A stretch of 64,000 nucleotides of DNA. It comes from Psammoneis japonica (lineage: Eukaryota). The stretch lies in NCBI GenBank assembly GCA_008632985.1, contig QPGO01000299.1, positions 1-64,000 of the forward strand, read 5' to 3'. Of the stretch, positions 23,625-36,289 are shown piece after piece. Positions within the stretch are counted from its first letter, which is position 1; every line of letters begins with the position of its first letter. The position numbers were made by a program, and so were the translations under genes. The notes under the pieces are model-generated. The model was not told where the DNA came from, made no database searches, and saw nothing but the letters and a program-made list of their open reading frames with translations.

Positions 23625-26600
23625 TCAACCACTCATTAAGTTCATCTTTTCACATTCAACAGCTACCAGACGCGTGTTGAGACGGTCGTTCTGATCTCTC
23701 AGATCCTCGTTTTCCATAAGTAGAGTCTCAAGCTTTTTGCTAAGCTGCATGATTAACTTTGAGTCGTTCTCCTGGACTCGGTCTTTCTCTGCCGACTCCT
23801 GTAAAACGTTCTCTAGCTTGCCCCGTAAACTTAAGAGTTCATCTTCTTTCTCTGATAGATCTTCGTTACCCTGGAGAAGGAGCAACAGAAGCCGGTCATA
23901 CACCTCTCGTTCCTTGTTGATGGCATTGTGAACTTCGGACAACGGCACCATGATGTCGTCTTTCTCATCCAGTTGCTCTTCCACCTCGGCGTCAGCTTTG
24001 TGAAGACTGGATATACTTACGCCCTCATGAATCTGCATGTCAGCAAGAAGCCCACGGAGGCCATTCATGAGATCATTACGTGCTGACCTCGACTTGAATC
24101 GCAGGAAGTAAGAGCGAGATGCAGCCACTGGAGTGGGAGTTGCCTTCAAAGTGAGAAATAGACTACTCTGCCTGTTGTCCGTAGAGCCCTTGCTTCCGAC
24201 TTTATTTTTTCCCGTGCTTGATGTTGGAAGTTCCGTCTGATCATACCCAGAACATCCGGCCTTGACTTCAAGTATATCATGAAGCGACAGAGGGTCAAGC
24301 GCTGACTTGTCCACTTCAAAAGCACGAAATTGTGCGGGTGAGCATTGGGAGCATTGCACATCGACAGGTGAAAGGGAGGAGCAGCTTACCTCTGTGACGA
24401 CCGAGGGCCTTACTGAGGTAACCACCACGCATACTGAACGCCAAAACAGCCTGAACGAATAAATCTCCTCGCCGATGAAGCTTTACCGTCACTGGTGTTG
24501 CCGTGAGCGCAAATTCGTTTGTTTCTTCCGCACCAAGTTCCGCGTTGCAATTAAACTGCCACATAACGACATCAATTCCCTCCTCAAGCGTGCTGTTGAA
24601 CTTCTTCATCTTCACCTCAAAGCGATGCACATCATCCCTGGAAATAGGAATGGAGAAACAGCAAGAGTTAGTTCAGCTCTTTGTGCCCACCAAAATTGCA
24701 ATCGCCGCACGTACCGAAGAGCTTCTTCCCTTTCCTTCCGGTTTCGAACCTCATGCTTCCAACCGACTGCCATCACTTCCTCGGCGTCCTCTTCATTCGA
24801 TCGAGAAGAGAACCCGCGCCTAATCATAGGGAGGTACTCACTAGGAGACTTCAGCAAGAAAGCTCTTCTATCGCCTTTTTCTTCGCTCTTGTTGAATACA
24901 TGGTTGTTCTTAGCTTCGTCAATCCCCAACTTGTTCAGTGCGGTGACGACCTCAGGTGTCACAGCCACCTCTTCTAACTCCTGAATTTCGTCAATTCGTC
25001 CGACTTCAATAGACGCAGGCGGGATCTCCTTTTCCTCTTCCGCTCCGGTAACTTCTGGCGCCAAATCCGCAAGCGGGCTAGGGGCTTCATACGCTTGACT
25101 GCGGTGGGGACAGAAAAGTGACAGAAGGAAAGAAGAGCGGTGGTGAGGGGAGCCACGAAGTTTTTTGTGTCGGCATTTACTAGATAGACCACAACGAAGC
25201 ACGAAGAGATAACGAATACCTCACCTCTTCCCAGCCCTTCGAGCCGCGAGTGCAGCTATCTCGCCGACTTGTGCTTCATCGCGTGAGCGGCCCCCTCTAG
25301 AGTCAAGAGTCTGTGCAAGTAGAGCATCAACATCAGATTCTTCTAAGTTCACACCATTTATCGCAGCCCGCAACTTGATTATTTCGCCATCTGCTTCACG
25401 ACGAAATTTTCTTTCAGCTTCGAGTTCTTCTTCAAGCCTCGCAACGTGGGCCTTGTGCTCCGCAAGTACGTCTTGACTTACGTAGCTATCGCTGCTAAGA
25501 GTCGGGACAACATCATCGGCGTTTTCCACCCCCCGACGAGCCTTAGGAGATGAAGATGAGCGATGAGAAGTAGAATTCGCCATTCTCTGCATCTGCTGCT
25601 TATGGATATTCTGCCAGTGCTCTTTCTCCCTGGCAGATTCCTCTTTCTGTCTGTGCAATCTTGCTTCCAATTCCATTACAACAGCTTTCTCGCGTTCAAG
25701 TTCTGATTCCAATTCTTGGACGCGCTTTTCGAGTTTGACTATTTCAGCCTGCTTCGTCTCCATCTCTCTCTCGTTTTCAATTCGGGATGCATCTCCTTTC
25801 GCTTGGGCAGACAGCATCGCCTTCAGGCTTGCCATTTCAAGCTTCAGTTTCTCGTTGTTCTGCTTGAGCTTCCCGATGTCTTTCTGCTCCAGCTTAAGCT
25901 CGTTCAGTTGTTTCCGTGCTCGTTGCACACGACAACGACACTGCAGAGAAAGAACCGCGGATCTGAGCTTTGTAAAAATCACATGGCTCTTTCTCATCCT
26001 GATGAAAGTCTGAACCTTAACCGCCGCCAAAGTCTTGCGAACGCTGTAGCCACGGAAGAGTGCCTGGTACAAAACGGTACCTTTTCTCGCGCGGCGAAAA
26101 CGCTGGAGGTAAATGGCCATCCGAATATTATTTGTGAGCAAATGACCCGCCACGGCTCGACGCAAAGTCCACCATCTTGGAAAGGAAGAAGAAAAGGATA
26201 TAAGAAAATGACCAAGAAAACGATACGGGATAGCGCGGGATAGCAGCACGCGATTGAAAAGGGTTGGCTAACAAAACACACCTTTTTCGCCCAACATATC
26301 CCCTGTAGTACCTCTGGGCCGTGATCACAGCATTCGATATGATCAAGTACTGCTTCCGATGCTCAAGTCCTCTTACCCAACTTTGGATCAAGGTTGCAGA
26401 GGAGTGCTGCTGGAAAACACGATGAGCCTCTAATGCATCATGAGGTCCTTTCCTCATAAACACTTTCGTTAGACCCAGCTGCACGTCAGTTTTCGGAAAG
26501 GTCATTGGGATTGGCTGCGTCTGCATACGTCGTATTTTCTCTGACCTGCTGATGCCAACTTCATCAGGACTGAGTGATCCACTGGCGGCTGCAGCCTTCA

Positions 26601-29013
26601 GCTTCGCGCCTTCCTCGAGAGCGAGATCCAACAGCTTGACACAGACCTTCTGCGCTTCCTGTCCATCTAAGGACCAAGGGAGCGACGCCTCATCAACGGA
26701 GGGGAGAAGCATTCGGTATCTTTGGAAAAAACTTCCATGATCGAGACGAACCGGATAACCCATGCGTGCCACACGAACAGCCTCCAAGACGCCACCATAA
26801 CGCAGCTGCTCTGTAAGTCGTTTTCTAGTCAAAATCTTTGGTTTCGCTGCATCGTTGGTCTTGAGGCACCTAATGTAGTGAGGGTCTGTCTTTTCCACGT
26901 TTTCTATTAGACTCTGGAGTTGCTGCTTGAACTGCATGCCCACAGTTTTGGATTTCGGCGTTTTCCCCTTCCCACTTGCGCCAAGAGAGGAGGATTCTTT
27001 CTGGATGGCATAGATCTCCTTAATTAGATTGCTGGGTGCTGTCTGAAACAAATTCTGAGCGGTGAGTGGTATCTCATCCTTGTTCTTCTCCATGAAACCC
27101 GTTTCTGCAGAGTACTGCACTACGCCAGCAAAATGCCTCACACAGAAAACAGATTTGGACTTCTGGACGGGTGTTGCACTGAACCTCGTATTATCAGATT
27201 CTGATTGATTCGTTGCAGGAAGAAAGTGCTCGTACATGCGATTGGCCCAATTTCTGTCACTTCCTTTTGGGAGCCGGCACTCATCGTCGAGCATAGCCAG
27301 AATTCCAGTCTGCTTGGTTTGTATGGTATCAAGGCAATCTTGATTGTCAGGAAACGAGATAAACGCCCATTCGATTTCTTCTCTTTCGTACTCCGCCTGT
27401 TCCATCTTGAAAATGAACTTGTTGAATTGCTGCTGCAAAGCCTCGTTGGTGAAATTGATGCAGAGCTGCTCGAACGAATTCACCGCAAAGCATTCAAACC
27501 CGAATATATCAAGAACCCCGCATGTGGAACGAACATCAGTGTCATTTTCCCAAAATATGCTTTGATTCACTTGGTCCACAACCCAGAGGAAGAGCGCCCC
27601 GTACACGGTCTTTGCTACGGCGTCGCGCGCGTCAGTGGCTCTATCGGCAGTCAACTGTGTGGTGATCTCCTGTCCTCTAGCTACTATCACACGCTCCGTC
27701 AAAGCTGTTCTCAGCATATCAACATCCACACCAAGCAAGCGTGCAGAAGATGCGAGCGTTTCCACATCGGTGATCTTTGCAGCCTCTATGCCGCTTTCGT
27801 TCTCTTCCGATACGAAAGCGATCTGGCCGAGATGCAGCAAACCGGCAGTAAGCGATAGAACAGAGTCAATTTTTTCACTGGTCCACCCTAACCCCTTCAT
27901 CGCCTTGAGCGTGTACTTGAAGCCATCCTCGTCAGAGAATTCTCGCAGGTATGGGGCACCGCCTTGGCCAGTGTAATGGAAGTAATTTGGCAATTCAAGC
28001 CCTTGCGTGACGCCTTCGTGGAATTCGAAGATCTTTTTCTGCTCCTCTGATGCTCCACGAAGCAGCTGGTAGAAAATGTGATAGTTGCGCTCTCCAGAGG
28101 CGTGAAACGCCAATCGGACTTTCTCCAGAAGGTAGGTTTGAACTCTTGCACCAAGAAGATGGCCAGCGCGGCTGAACCCCAACTCAATGAATTTGCCAAA
28201 TCGAGAGGAATTATCATTTCGAAGTGTCCTGGAATTACCAAAGGCTTCCAATATTGGATTAGACTGAAGAACGCGATCCATTATTGCCGGTTCACCATCG
28301 CCGTCGTCAACTGCAATGTTTGCTGAGCCAAGTGTGGTCAGGTAAAGCATGACAATCTTCGTGGATTCGGTCTTCCCAGCCCCACTCTCTCCCGAGATGA
28401 GGATAGCCTGTGATTTGCGTTCCTCCCCCATCATCTGGCGGTACGACCGGTCTGCAATGGCATAAACGTGCGGCCCGAGCATTGGAGTGTCACTGCCTAG
28501 ATTCTGAGATCGCAGCAGGCCCTGGCGACGATACTTCTCAAGGATTTCCTTACGAAATGATGAAGTGCCAATAATGCAATTAGACAAAATTTAAGATAGG
28601 AAATTCAGGTTGATTCAAAGGGTGCTTACCGTTGTGTAGAGAGGGAGGCGTTCGAAAGGATTAAGAGCTATCAGAACGGGTCCAGTCCACGTGTAAATCT
28701 TCCCGTAGAAAAATCGTTCCGAGATTGCATGCAGGATTGCCGGTTCGTGCAAGTGCGGTAGTGTGATAAGATCATCGTCACGGCCATCGTCGCGATCAGC
28801 CTTGCTAAGCTTCGCATTAGCGAGTTCTACTCCTTCGTACTTCTTCTCACCAGTCTCTCCCACGGATAAAACGATTGGCCGAGTGAAAGCTTTCTCCGGC
28901 TTGTCGACTTGTTGCAGGTGAAGCTGATCATCTGTCTTCTTGACAACTTCCGCAAGTATCCAGGCTTCATCCCCTTCGGTGTCGCTGCACCAGACGTGGG
29001 CACCTGCCTCCAT
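23625..29013 (-). CDS. Myosin heavy chain (N-terminal SH3-like region, motor domain, IQ motifs, coiled coil, C-terminal PH-like region and coiled coil); 6 exons, about 1640 aa
   Basis: Motor motifs GESGAGKT, NPILEAFGN, NDNSSRFGKF, LDIFGFE, FEQLCINFTNE and HYIRCLK, plus IQ repeats. Exons are 29013-28630, 28548-26282, 26175-25225, 25098-24715, 24637-24390 and 24313-23625. The five GT-AG introns (76-126 nt) keep frame, for 4923 nt in total. Confidence 0.92.
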
Positions 29014-29119
29014 CTTTTCAGTCTCCTACCGATAAGCTTCTCTCCTCTTGCTATTCTTGGTTTGAGAGCTTAGACGACGTGGACGTGGGACGAAACGTAA
29101 CGTGGACGTGGGCGAGGAG

Positions 29120-29430
29120 ATAGGTACCGGTAGGTACCTAGGTAGACAAATGCTTTTGCTTTTTCGGCTTCGGCAGCGCACGTACCGTATGGAACGGTAC
29201 CGTACCACGTACATTAGGCACTGACTGTGCGTAGGCCGGCGTACAGCACGTACAGTACTGTACTGTATGTTACGGTAGACATTCAAAGATGAGCGATATT
29301 ATGACTATGACCACATTGTGCTGACGTGGCGCACCATCTACAGTTAGTACGGTACAGCCAGTGGCCGGCCGGCTGGATTGCGGAGTTGGAGAGTTTGCTC
29401 TCTGGGGCCTGCTCTCTACCGTACAGTAGA
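29120..29430. promoter_or_regulatory. GTAC-rich tract upstream of the myosin, at the gene/repeat boundary
   Basis: About 13 GTAC motifs in ~310 bp by manual count (e.g. taggtaccggtaggtaccta, gtacagcacgtacagtactgtac). Function is inferred only from position. Confidence 0.4.
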
Positions 29431-30217
29431 GTAGAAGGAGACCCTCTCCTTCCTCTTGTCTAGTCTACCTTGTTCCCACAAGCCTTCTCCCCTTTGACAA
29501 CTTCCTCCTCTACGTTGACAACTATCGTGAACACTTCACTCAACAGTCTGTCACTCACACCGCACCTCCAAGCAGCACTGCACGTGAACTCCTCACTCGC
29601 CCGCACCAAGACAGTTTGCGCAACCTGCACAACATGACATCAGAGGGATGCAGCGGCTTTCTCAGCCCCTTGCCAAGGAGGTGACAAGGAGACAACCACC
29701 AGGCAAGCCAAAGTGAATGTTTTTGTCTCCCCCAATGGAGTGTGCAGCTGCTCCTCCCTCCTCTGTCCTGCCTCTTGTCTTTTCTGCCATGCCCCACTCT
29801 TTGTCAGGTTCCAGAAGCAAAGCCTGTGCAAAACAGCAAAAAGCTCCCAGCTGTGACATGTGAGACAAGTGACATAAAACTGCCCTGCATTGATGCACAT
29901 GCCATGGCTTCAGAGTTGGTGGCAAATCTCTTCCCAGCAAAACAAGGAGGTGGGTGTTGTTGTTGGTCACGTGTCTCCCAACAGGAGAGCATGCAATGGT
30001 GCTTTTCTCCATTTGTCATTTTTTGAGAAGTTTTACAATCACACTCTTTGTCAGCTTCCAGAAGCAAACCCCCCAGCTGTGGGAAAAAGTGCCCCAAACA
30101 AAAAGAAAGAGCAGTGGCTGCAACAATCTTTGGGGTGACCCAGCACATGTGATTTTGAGCCTTGTGTGGCAGCTTCGGGGCAAGTGAAGACATGGCTCTC
30201 TTCACCAATTGAATTTC

Positions 30218-31470
30218 TCTTGAAATGTGCATCTGTGGACAAACCTGCAGCCACAAAAACCCTTAAAAGATGCGTGCCCTGTTCCAATCACTGCACGTCA
30301 GTGCGGTGTGAAGAGACACCCTCAACAAGCCAGAAAAGAAACACAACATGAGCACAGCATCAGGTGGTGAAGAGGAGTGTGCTGTCTTAAAAAAAATGAC
30401 TTTTTTGCACAGCCATCAATCTGCAAAATTTTGTTGCATGTGTCATTGTGCTGCAAGTGGCAATTGTCAAAAAACTTTAACGTGCTCCCATGCCCCAGCA
30501 CATGCTGGTGCAAGCAGACTTGAAATGTGCATCTGGGAACGAACTTGCTAACACAAAAACCCTTGAAAGAAGCATGCATTGTTCCAAGTGCCACACGTCA
30601 GTGGTGCAGCAAAGAGATCTTCTCAACTCACAATCCAGCAAAAAAGCCTGCAGCGGCATGTCACAGGTGTGGGAGGTGGTGCAAAGCAGGGCATCTTCTT
30701 AACCTGGGAAAACCATTTTTTTGTGCAGTTGTCAATCTGCAAAACAGTTTTGACACATGTGTTGTCATGCTGTGAGCACAGTCATTGTCAGGAAACTGGA
30801 ATGTGCTCCCATCCCCCAGCACACACCACCACAAGCAAACTTGAAATATCTGTCTGGGAACAAACCTGCCACCACAAAACCCTTGAAAGAAGCACACCTT
30901 GTTTCAAGCACTGCACATCAATGGGGCAAAGAGATTCTCTCAACAAGCAGCAAAAAAGACTGCAATGGCATGTGACAAGCACAGCAGGTGGAACAGAGTG
31001 GAACATCTTCTCAACCCAAGAAAACTGACCTTTTTGCACAGCCATCAATCTGCAAAGTTGTGACACATGATGTGTTGTTGTGCTGTGAGCAGCCATTGCA
31101 AAAAACTGGAATGTGCTCACGTGCCCCAGCACACATCACCACCACAAGCAGACTTGAAACATGTGTTTGGGAACAAACCTGCTGTGCCTCAAAAATCCTT
31201 GAAAAAAGCATGCCTTGTTTCAAGCACTGCATGTTGGTGCAGTGAAAAGATCCTCTCAACAGGCCAGCAAAGAAAAAAGCAACAGCATTGTGTGACAAGC
31301 ACAGCATGTGGTGCAGAGCACAGCATCTTCTCAACCCAAAAAAACTGATTTTTCATTGCACAGTTGTCAATTTGCAAAGTTTTGACACATCGGTCATTTT
31401 CTGTGAGCAGTCATTGTCAAAAAAAACTGGAATGTGCTCCCATGCCCCAGCACGCACCACCACAAACAGA
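30218..31470. repeat. Diverged tandem repeat, 4 units of ~300-320 bp
   Basis: The anchor cttgaaa...ctg(g)gaac(a)aacctgc...aaaaccctt(g)aaaga recurs at about 30219, 30519, 30840 and 31153. The downstream blocks (catcttctcaacc, tcaatctgcaaa, aaactggaatgtgctc) also recur. Confidence 0.85.
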
Positions 31471-34400
31471 GCATGTGTGATTTGCAGATTGTTTCAAGAG
31501 CCATTGTGCAAAAGCTTGCCAGTTTATCATTGTTGTGGTCAGAAGCAAAATTTCACAGTCAAAGCACCATTCACAGCTTGCCATGCATTCAATTGCCTTG
31601 CATTCATCCATTTCTAGCACAACCCATCATTGATCATCACTGTCCACAGATGCTTCATGTGTGCCTGCACTTGATGCTCATTGGCACATCCCAGTTTCCC
31701 ATGCTGCTCTTGAGAGCACAATCTTCATCAAGTCCTCATGCAGCTTTGATCCAATTTTTGACAAGCAAAGAAACAAGTTGTCCTTGCAGCACCGGCTTGT
31801 CATGTTGATGCCATGTGAACCTCTCTTGGTGGCCAATCCAGCTGGCAATTTTGCCAAATGGCTGGCAACAGCATGGCAGTGATTGCAGCCTCTTTTTTAT
31901 TTACTGCTGTTGTGTTTGCCGTTTTTGCATCATTTGTGAGAGTTTGTGTTGGGTTGTTGTTTGTTGCCCACCTGGTCATCAGCTCAAAACTCCACTCACA
32001 TGTCCCCAAAGCATGCTGAAGAAATTGCACCCTCATTTGAATTTTGCAACAACACAGCCAAAATTCACAATAATCTCATCTTCAAATCCGCAGAGCAATG
32101 TGCAAAAATTTCAACAGGTTCCAAGGTAATCTCATGCATCACAGATCATCCAAGCCAACAGGCTGTGTTTCTGGCTCCCTTCTTTCTTTCAATCGCAATG
32201 GTTTGCATTGAATCAAAAACAGCTCTTGTGCAGCAAGCCCCATCATTGTTGTGTGTTGCAAAAGGTGTCACCATGAAACACCTTGCTTCTCTCACACTGT
32301 CCAGAGTCACCTCCTCTAAAAAGCATGGCCAACTCCTGACCACCTGTCTTGCTGCCAAGAGCTCCTTTTGGCAATCACCTGCTGCAGGCAAGGACCAACT
32401 TGCACCCTCCAAAGATGGGAACACCTTTCTCTTGGGAACAGCCCAATGAACATTCCTGCTGGCAACATGGGCAAGCAAACTGTCTCAATGGTGGTGAACA
32501 CAAAGGGGAGAACTGTGGTGCTTCACCAAGCTCTGGCTGCCAACAGGCCATTTCTACTTTGAACCATCACAAGTGTGGCATTGAGCAGTGCAAGCAACAA
32601 AGTGCTTTGAGCATGCAGGAAGTCACAAGGGTGAGCACTGTGGTGCTTTGAGCTCCAACTGCTCCTTTTGCTTTGAACTGTCACAAGTGTGATGATGAGC
32701 AATCCCAGCAATGCAGTGCTCCAAGCATGGGAAGCTTGACAGGAAAATCAAAGTTGTCATGACTTTTCCAGCTGTGCACCAGAGACAAACAGAGCCACCA
32801 TTGCAATGCTTTGAGCTCTGCTGATTGAAGGTTCTTTGCAATGCAGGTTGTGGGAAGAGGGTGTGATGCATCATGATGGCACAGAGTGGTGTGACATTGT
32901 GGAAGGGTGCAACCATTGCAGATGAAAGAAATGTGAGTGGCGGACATTGTTGTTTTCTTTGTTGTTGGCCTTTGGTGCAACAAAAAATGTCCATCTGTTG
33001 CAAACTGCTGTGGAATTCACAAATGGCAAGACACAACTCTCAGATTCATTCATGTCAGTCAGAAAAATGGAGAGGGCAGCAACCTGAGACTCAAAGACAA
33101 ATCACATGCTCTGCATGCAGTCAATTGATTGCTTGTGACACCACTGCTTTTCAACACAGCCAGAGGCAAAATGATGGCAAGACAAGCAAATCATTTGCAC
33201 ACCACAATTCCAGAGCTCCAGAAAAGTAAAAACAATCCTGATGTTCTTGGGACAAATGCCTGATTGCCCCAGAGCTGAGAGGCAAGTGGGAGTGGTTGGC
33301 AGCAATGTTCCAGCAAAAAATTCAGCAAATGAGAGCCAGATGGCCCAAACACTCTGGCAGCAGTTTGGTCTTGCAAGAAACGAAAGGTTTGTTGGCACTG
33401 ACTCCAGCTCCCTGCTGTTAAAAAAGAAAACTGCAACAATGCTCTCAGCTTTGACAATTGCTTTGAAAAATTCAAACAAAAGTGGTCCATGCAGAAACAA
33501 CTCATTGCCAAGGCTGAGAGGTGTGTTTCACAAGCATGGGAGTCAGTTGTGTGTGCAGCAACATTCCAGAAAAAAGCCAATGCCAGAAACACAAGCACTG
33601 CAAAATCAGTGAGGAGTGCACGCTTGTTTTTTTTTTCCTTTTTTTCTCCAGCTTGTGTCATCAGAAAATGGACACCACATGCTCCTCCTTTTTGCAAAGA
33701 TGCAGCTCAGCAGAATTTTTCTTGTTTTCCATCTCGGTGGCATCCAAGCTGCTTGTTCTTCAATGCTCAGATGTGATTTGACATGCACCCACCATGGAGT
33801 TGAAGTGCAAAGGGTGGAGAGTTCTTGGCAGGCCCAATCAGATGTTCTCTTTCTTGTGCCTTGAAATGTGCACGTGGCAACCCCCATGCAGAATCTTGCT
33901 GTCTTCTTTGCCCACACATTGTGGTGCAAATCTGAGATCATCAGGAGAGAGCAGCATGTGCATCAGTTTTTACTCAATGTGTGGAAGCAGTGTCATGCAC
34001 TGCAAAACACCAGAACAAGCCACTGCCAACTTTCTCTTGCTGGGGGCCGATGACTCATGAAAATGCACATGGTGGCAATCCACACAACATCTTGCTGTCT
34101 CCTTTGTGCACATGATGAGGCATTTTACATCAGTGCCTGCAGAATTGTCCTTTGTGAGATCTGTGCTGTGCCAGTCTCCTCTTGGATTGTCATGATGAGA
34201 AAATTCTCCCCTGCTGTTTCTACAGTGAATTCCACACAACAGATTCCTTTGATGATCCCTCATTTGCAAAACATTTCTGGAACAATGCAACCTTTTTGAA
34301 CAAGATTCTGAAAATGCACACACACATGTCATTTTTTTATGTTTTGTTTTTGGTGTCTCCCACTGGGTGTTGTTGTTGGGCTTTTTCCATTCTTTGAGCA

Positions 34401-34499
34401 GTCAGCTGTGTGAAAAAGCATGTTTGGTTGATTTGCTGTCTCAACTTGAATTGCAAAATAGATGGATTTTCCAATCAAAAATTCCTGCTGCATTGTTTG

Positions 34500-35581
34500 G
34501 TGCACTGGGTGTGTGGGTCAATCTGGAACTTGGGTCCAGATGCAACAGCCCTTCTTAAAATGCAGACTTTTAATTTCACTGCGCACATGATGAGGCACAG
34601 ATCTGAGATCAACAGGAGAGAGTGGTCTGTGCTCACAAATGTCTTCTGCCACAGATGACCATGTGTGGAAGCAGCATGTGCTCTGTGAGACACCAACATG
34701 AGCTGCCACCATTCTTTCTTTTTGTCAATGTTGCATTGCAAGTTGATGAGCAGAGAGCAAGCTTTCTTGCTGTTTTTGAGCCTTGTTTCTGCTGTTCTTT
34801 GTCCACTGCAATTTTCATGAGGACTCATCACCCAGGCCAATGAGTGTGAACTTGAATCAACTTTTGGCATCATTTGATTGTCATTCATCTCCTGTGTGAA
34901 TCAGCATTTCCGTGCAAGATCTGGCATTGTTTCTCCAACTTGTCATGTCATCAAGGCCTTCCATTTCAGATCCTTTGGACCCTTTGAAGCTGTGGCCAAT
35001 GTTGTCAGAGTTGGCACTTGTTGACTGGGCCAGCTGCATCATGATCAAAGTGTGTGGAACAATTGTCCCATGAGACAAAGGCATTCTTTCAAGGCACCTT
35101 CCCTCTAGATTGCTGCCTTGGTTGCAGGCCAGTTGGGGGTTTTGCCAACACATGGCCCCATTGTCCCACCAGTCAAAAGTGACTTCATGCATCCAATTGT
35201 CTCATGTTGTGTCACTTCTTGGCCTCCTCCACTGACCCCTCTTTCTGAAACACTGTCCAAAAGCTGCAAAAGTTGGCTGACAAATTTGTTGCATCAACCA
35301 CCAATGACAGACATTGAGAGATCCATGCAGCCCTTTCAGGTGCTGCTCAGTTGGATGTCTGCTGATGTCAGTGCCAGCAAAATGGCAAAAAGTGCCAGCA
35401 AAAGGGAACTTGCTGACAACAAAGGTCTGATCCATTGGAGTGCACCATTTGCAGCTTGCAAGATGCCATCATCCCCTGCTCTTTCATGCTCACCAGCATT
35501 TGTGCCCCCTCTCCCAAGTGCTCTTCAACCCTTGACAATTGACCCAATGATGGGCAACACTTGGCACCTCACTCTCCTCCC
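34500..35581 (-). mobile_element. Decayed repeat related to the element around 13450-13900
   Basis: The reverse complement gaaatggaaggccttgatgacatgacaagttggagaaacaatgccagatc matches gaaatgggaggacttgatgacatgaccagttg...agaaacaacaccagagc at about 13455. Confidence 0.45.
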
Positions 35582-35831
35582 TGACAGGGTTTGAACAAGA
35601 TTTTAGTTTGTCACACATGATTGTGTGTGCTCTCATTTCCACACATGATGCATGATGCAGTTTGCTTTGGAACCACTTGGCTAACAAGAACAATGACAGT
35701 GGTGGCAATGTCACGAGACAACCATCTTTCAGCTCCTGCAACCGGTTCTGTGTGGATGCTCATTTGCCATTCAGACAGCAGCAAGGAGTTGTTGTTTTCT
35801 TCCACTCATTTCCTCTTCAATTTCTGTGTCA
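35582..35831 (+). repeat. 5' LTR of the plus-strand Copia element
   Basis: TGACAGGGTTTGAACAAG...TTTCTGTGTCA; homologous to 13574-13849 and 54317-54552. Confidence 0.85.
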
Positions 35832-36289
35832 GATTGACAGTCTCGCTCATTTTCATTCATTGAGCATTCATCATCATCATCGACAAATTTTCAATGATGC
35901 GCATTGTCAGTGGTGGAAGTGTGTGTGCCTGCTGACTTCATCATTGCTGAACATTTGGATTGGATCAGTGCATTTTGATCCACTCAAGGTTTCTCATCAC
36001 TGACACATCCATTCAATGGACATTTGTTCAGTCAATGATTCCCATGTTCCCAACACTTGAGATTCCAAATTCCCTGTGGTGGATCCTGCCCCAGGTTGAC
36101 AGACAAACCAACCTGCCCCACTCAGGCTCCACTGATCTGCATGCACTCAAGTGCATGCGACAACACTTTGATGACTCTGGCCTTGCTGCATGCACACCAA
36201 GTCCACTGCTCCACATCTGCCCTGGAATGCTGGTCCAGTGCAGCTCTGCAAGGTCCACGAGGATGACTGTGAGAGAAAGCAGCCTTGAT

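Noticed and set aside
25716..28326. Plus-strand ORFs such as 27205-27858 and 25716-26243
   Set aside because: They are antisense shadows of the myosin exons with no recognisable motifs.
30218..31470. CRISPR array
   Set aside because: Whole ~310-bp units are homologous, with no short identical repeats or unique spacers. There are no cas genes and the context is eukaryotic.
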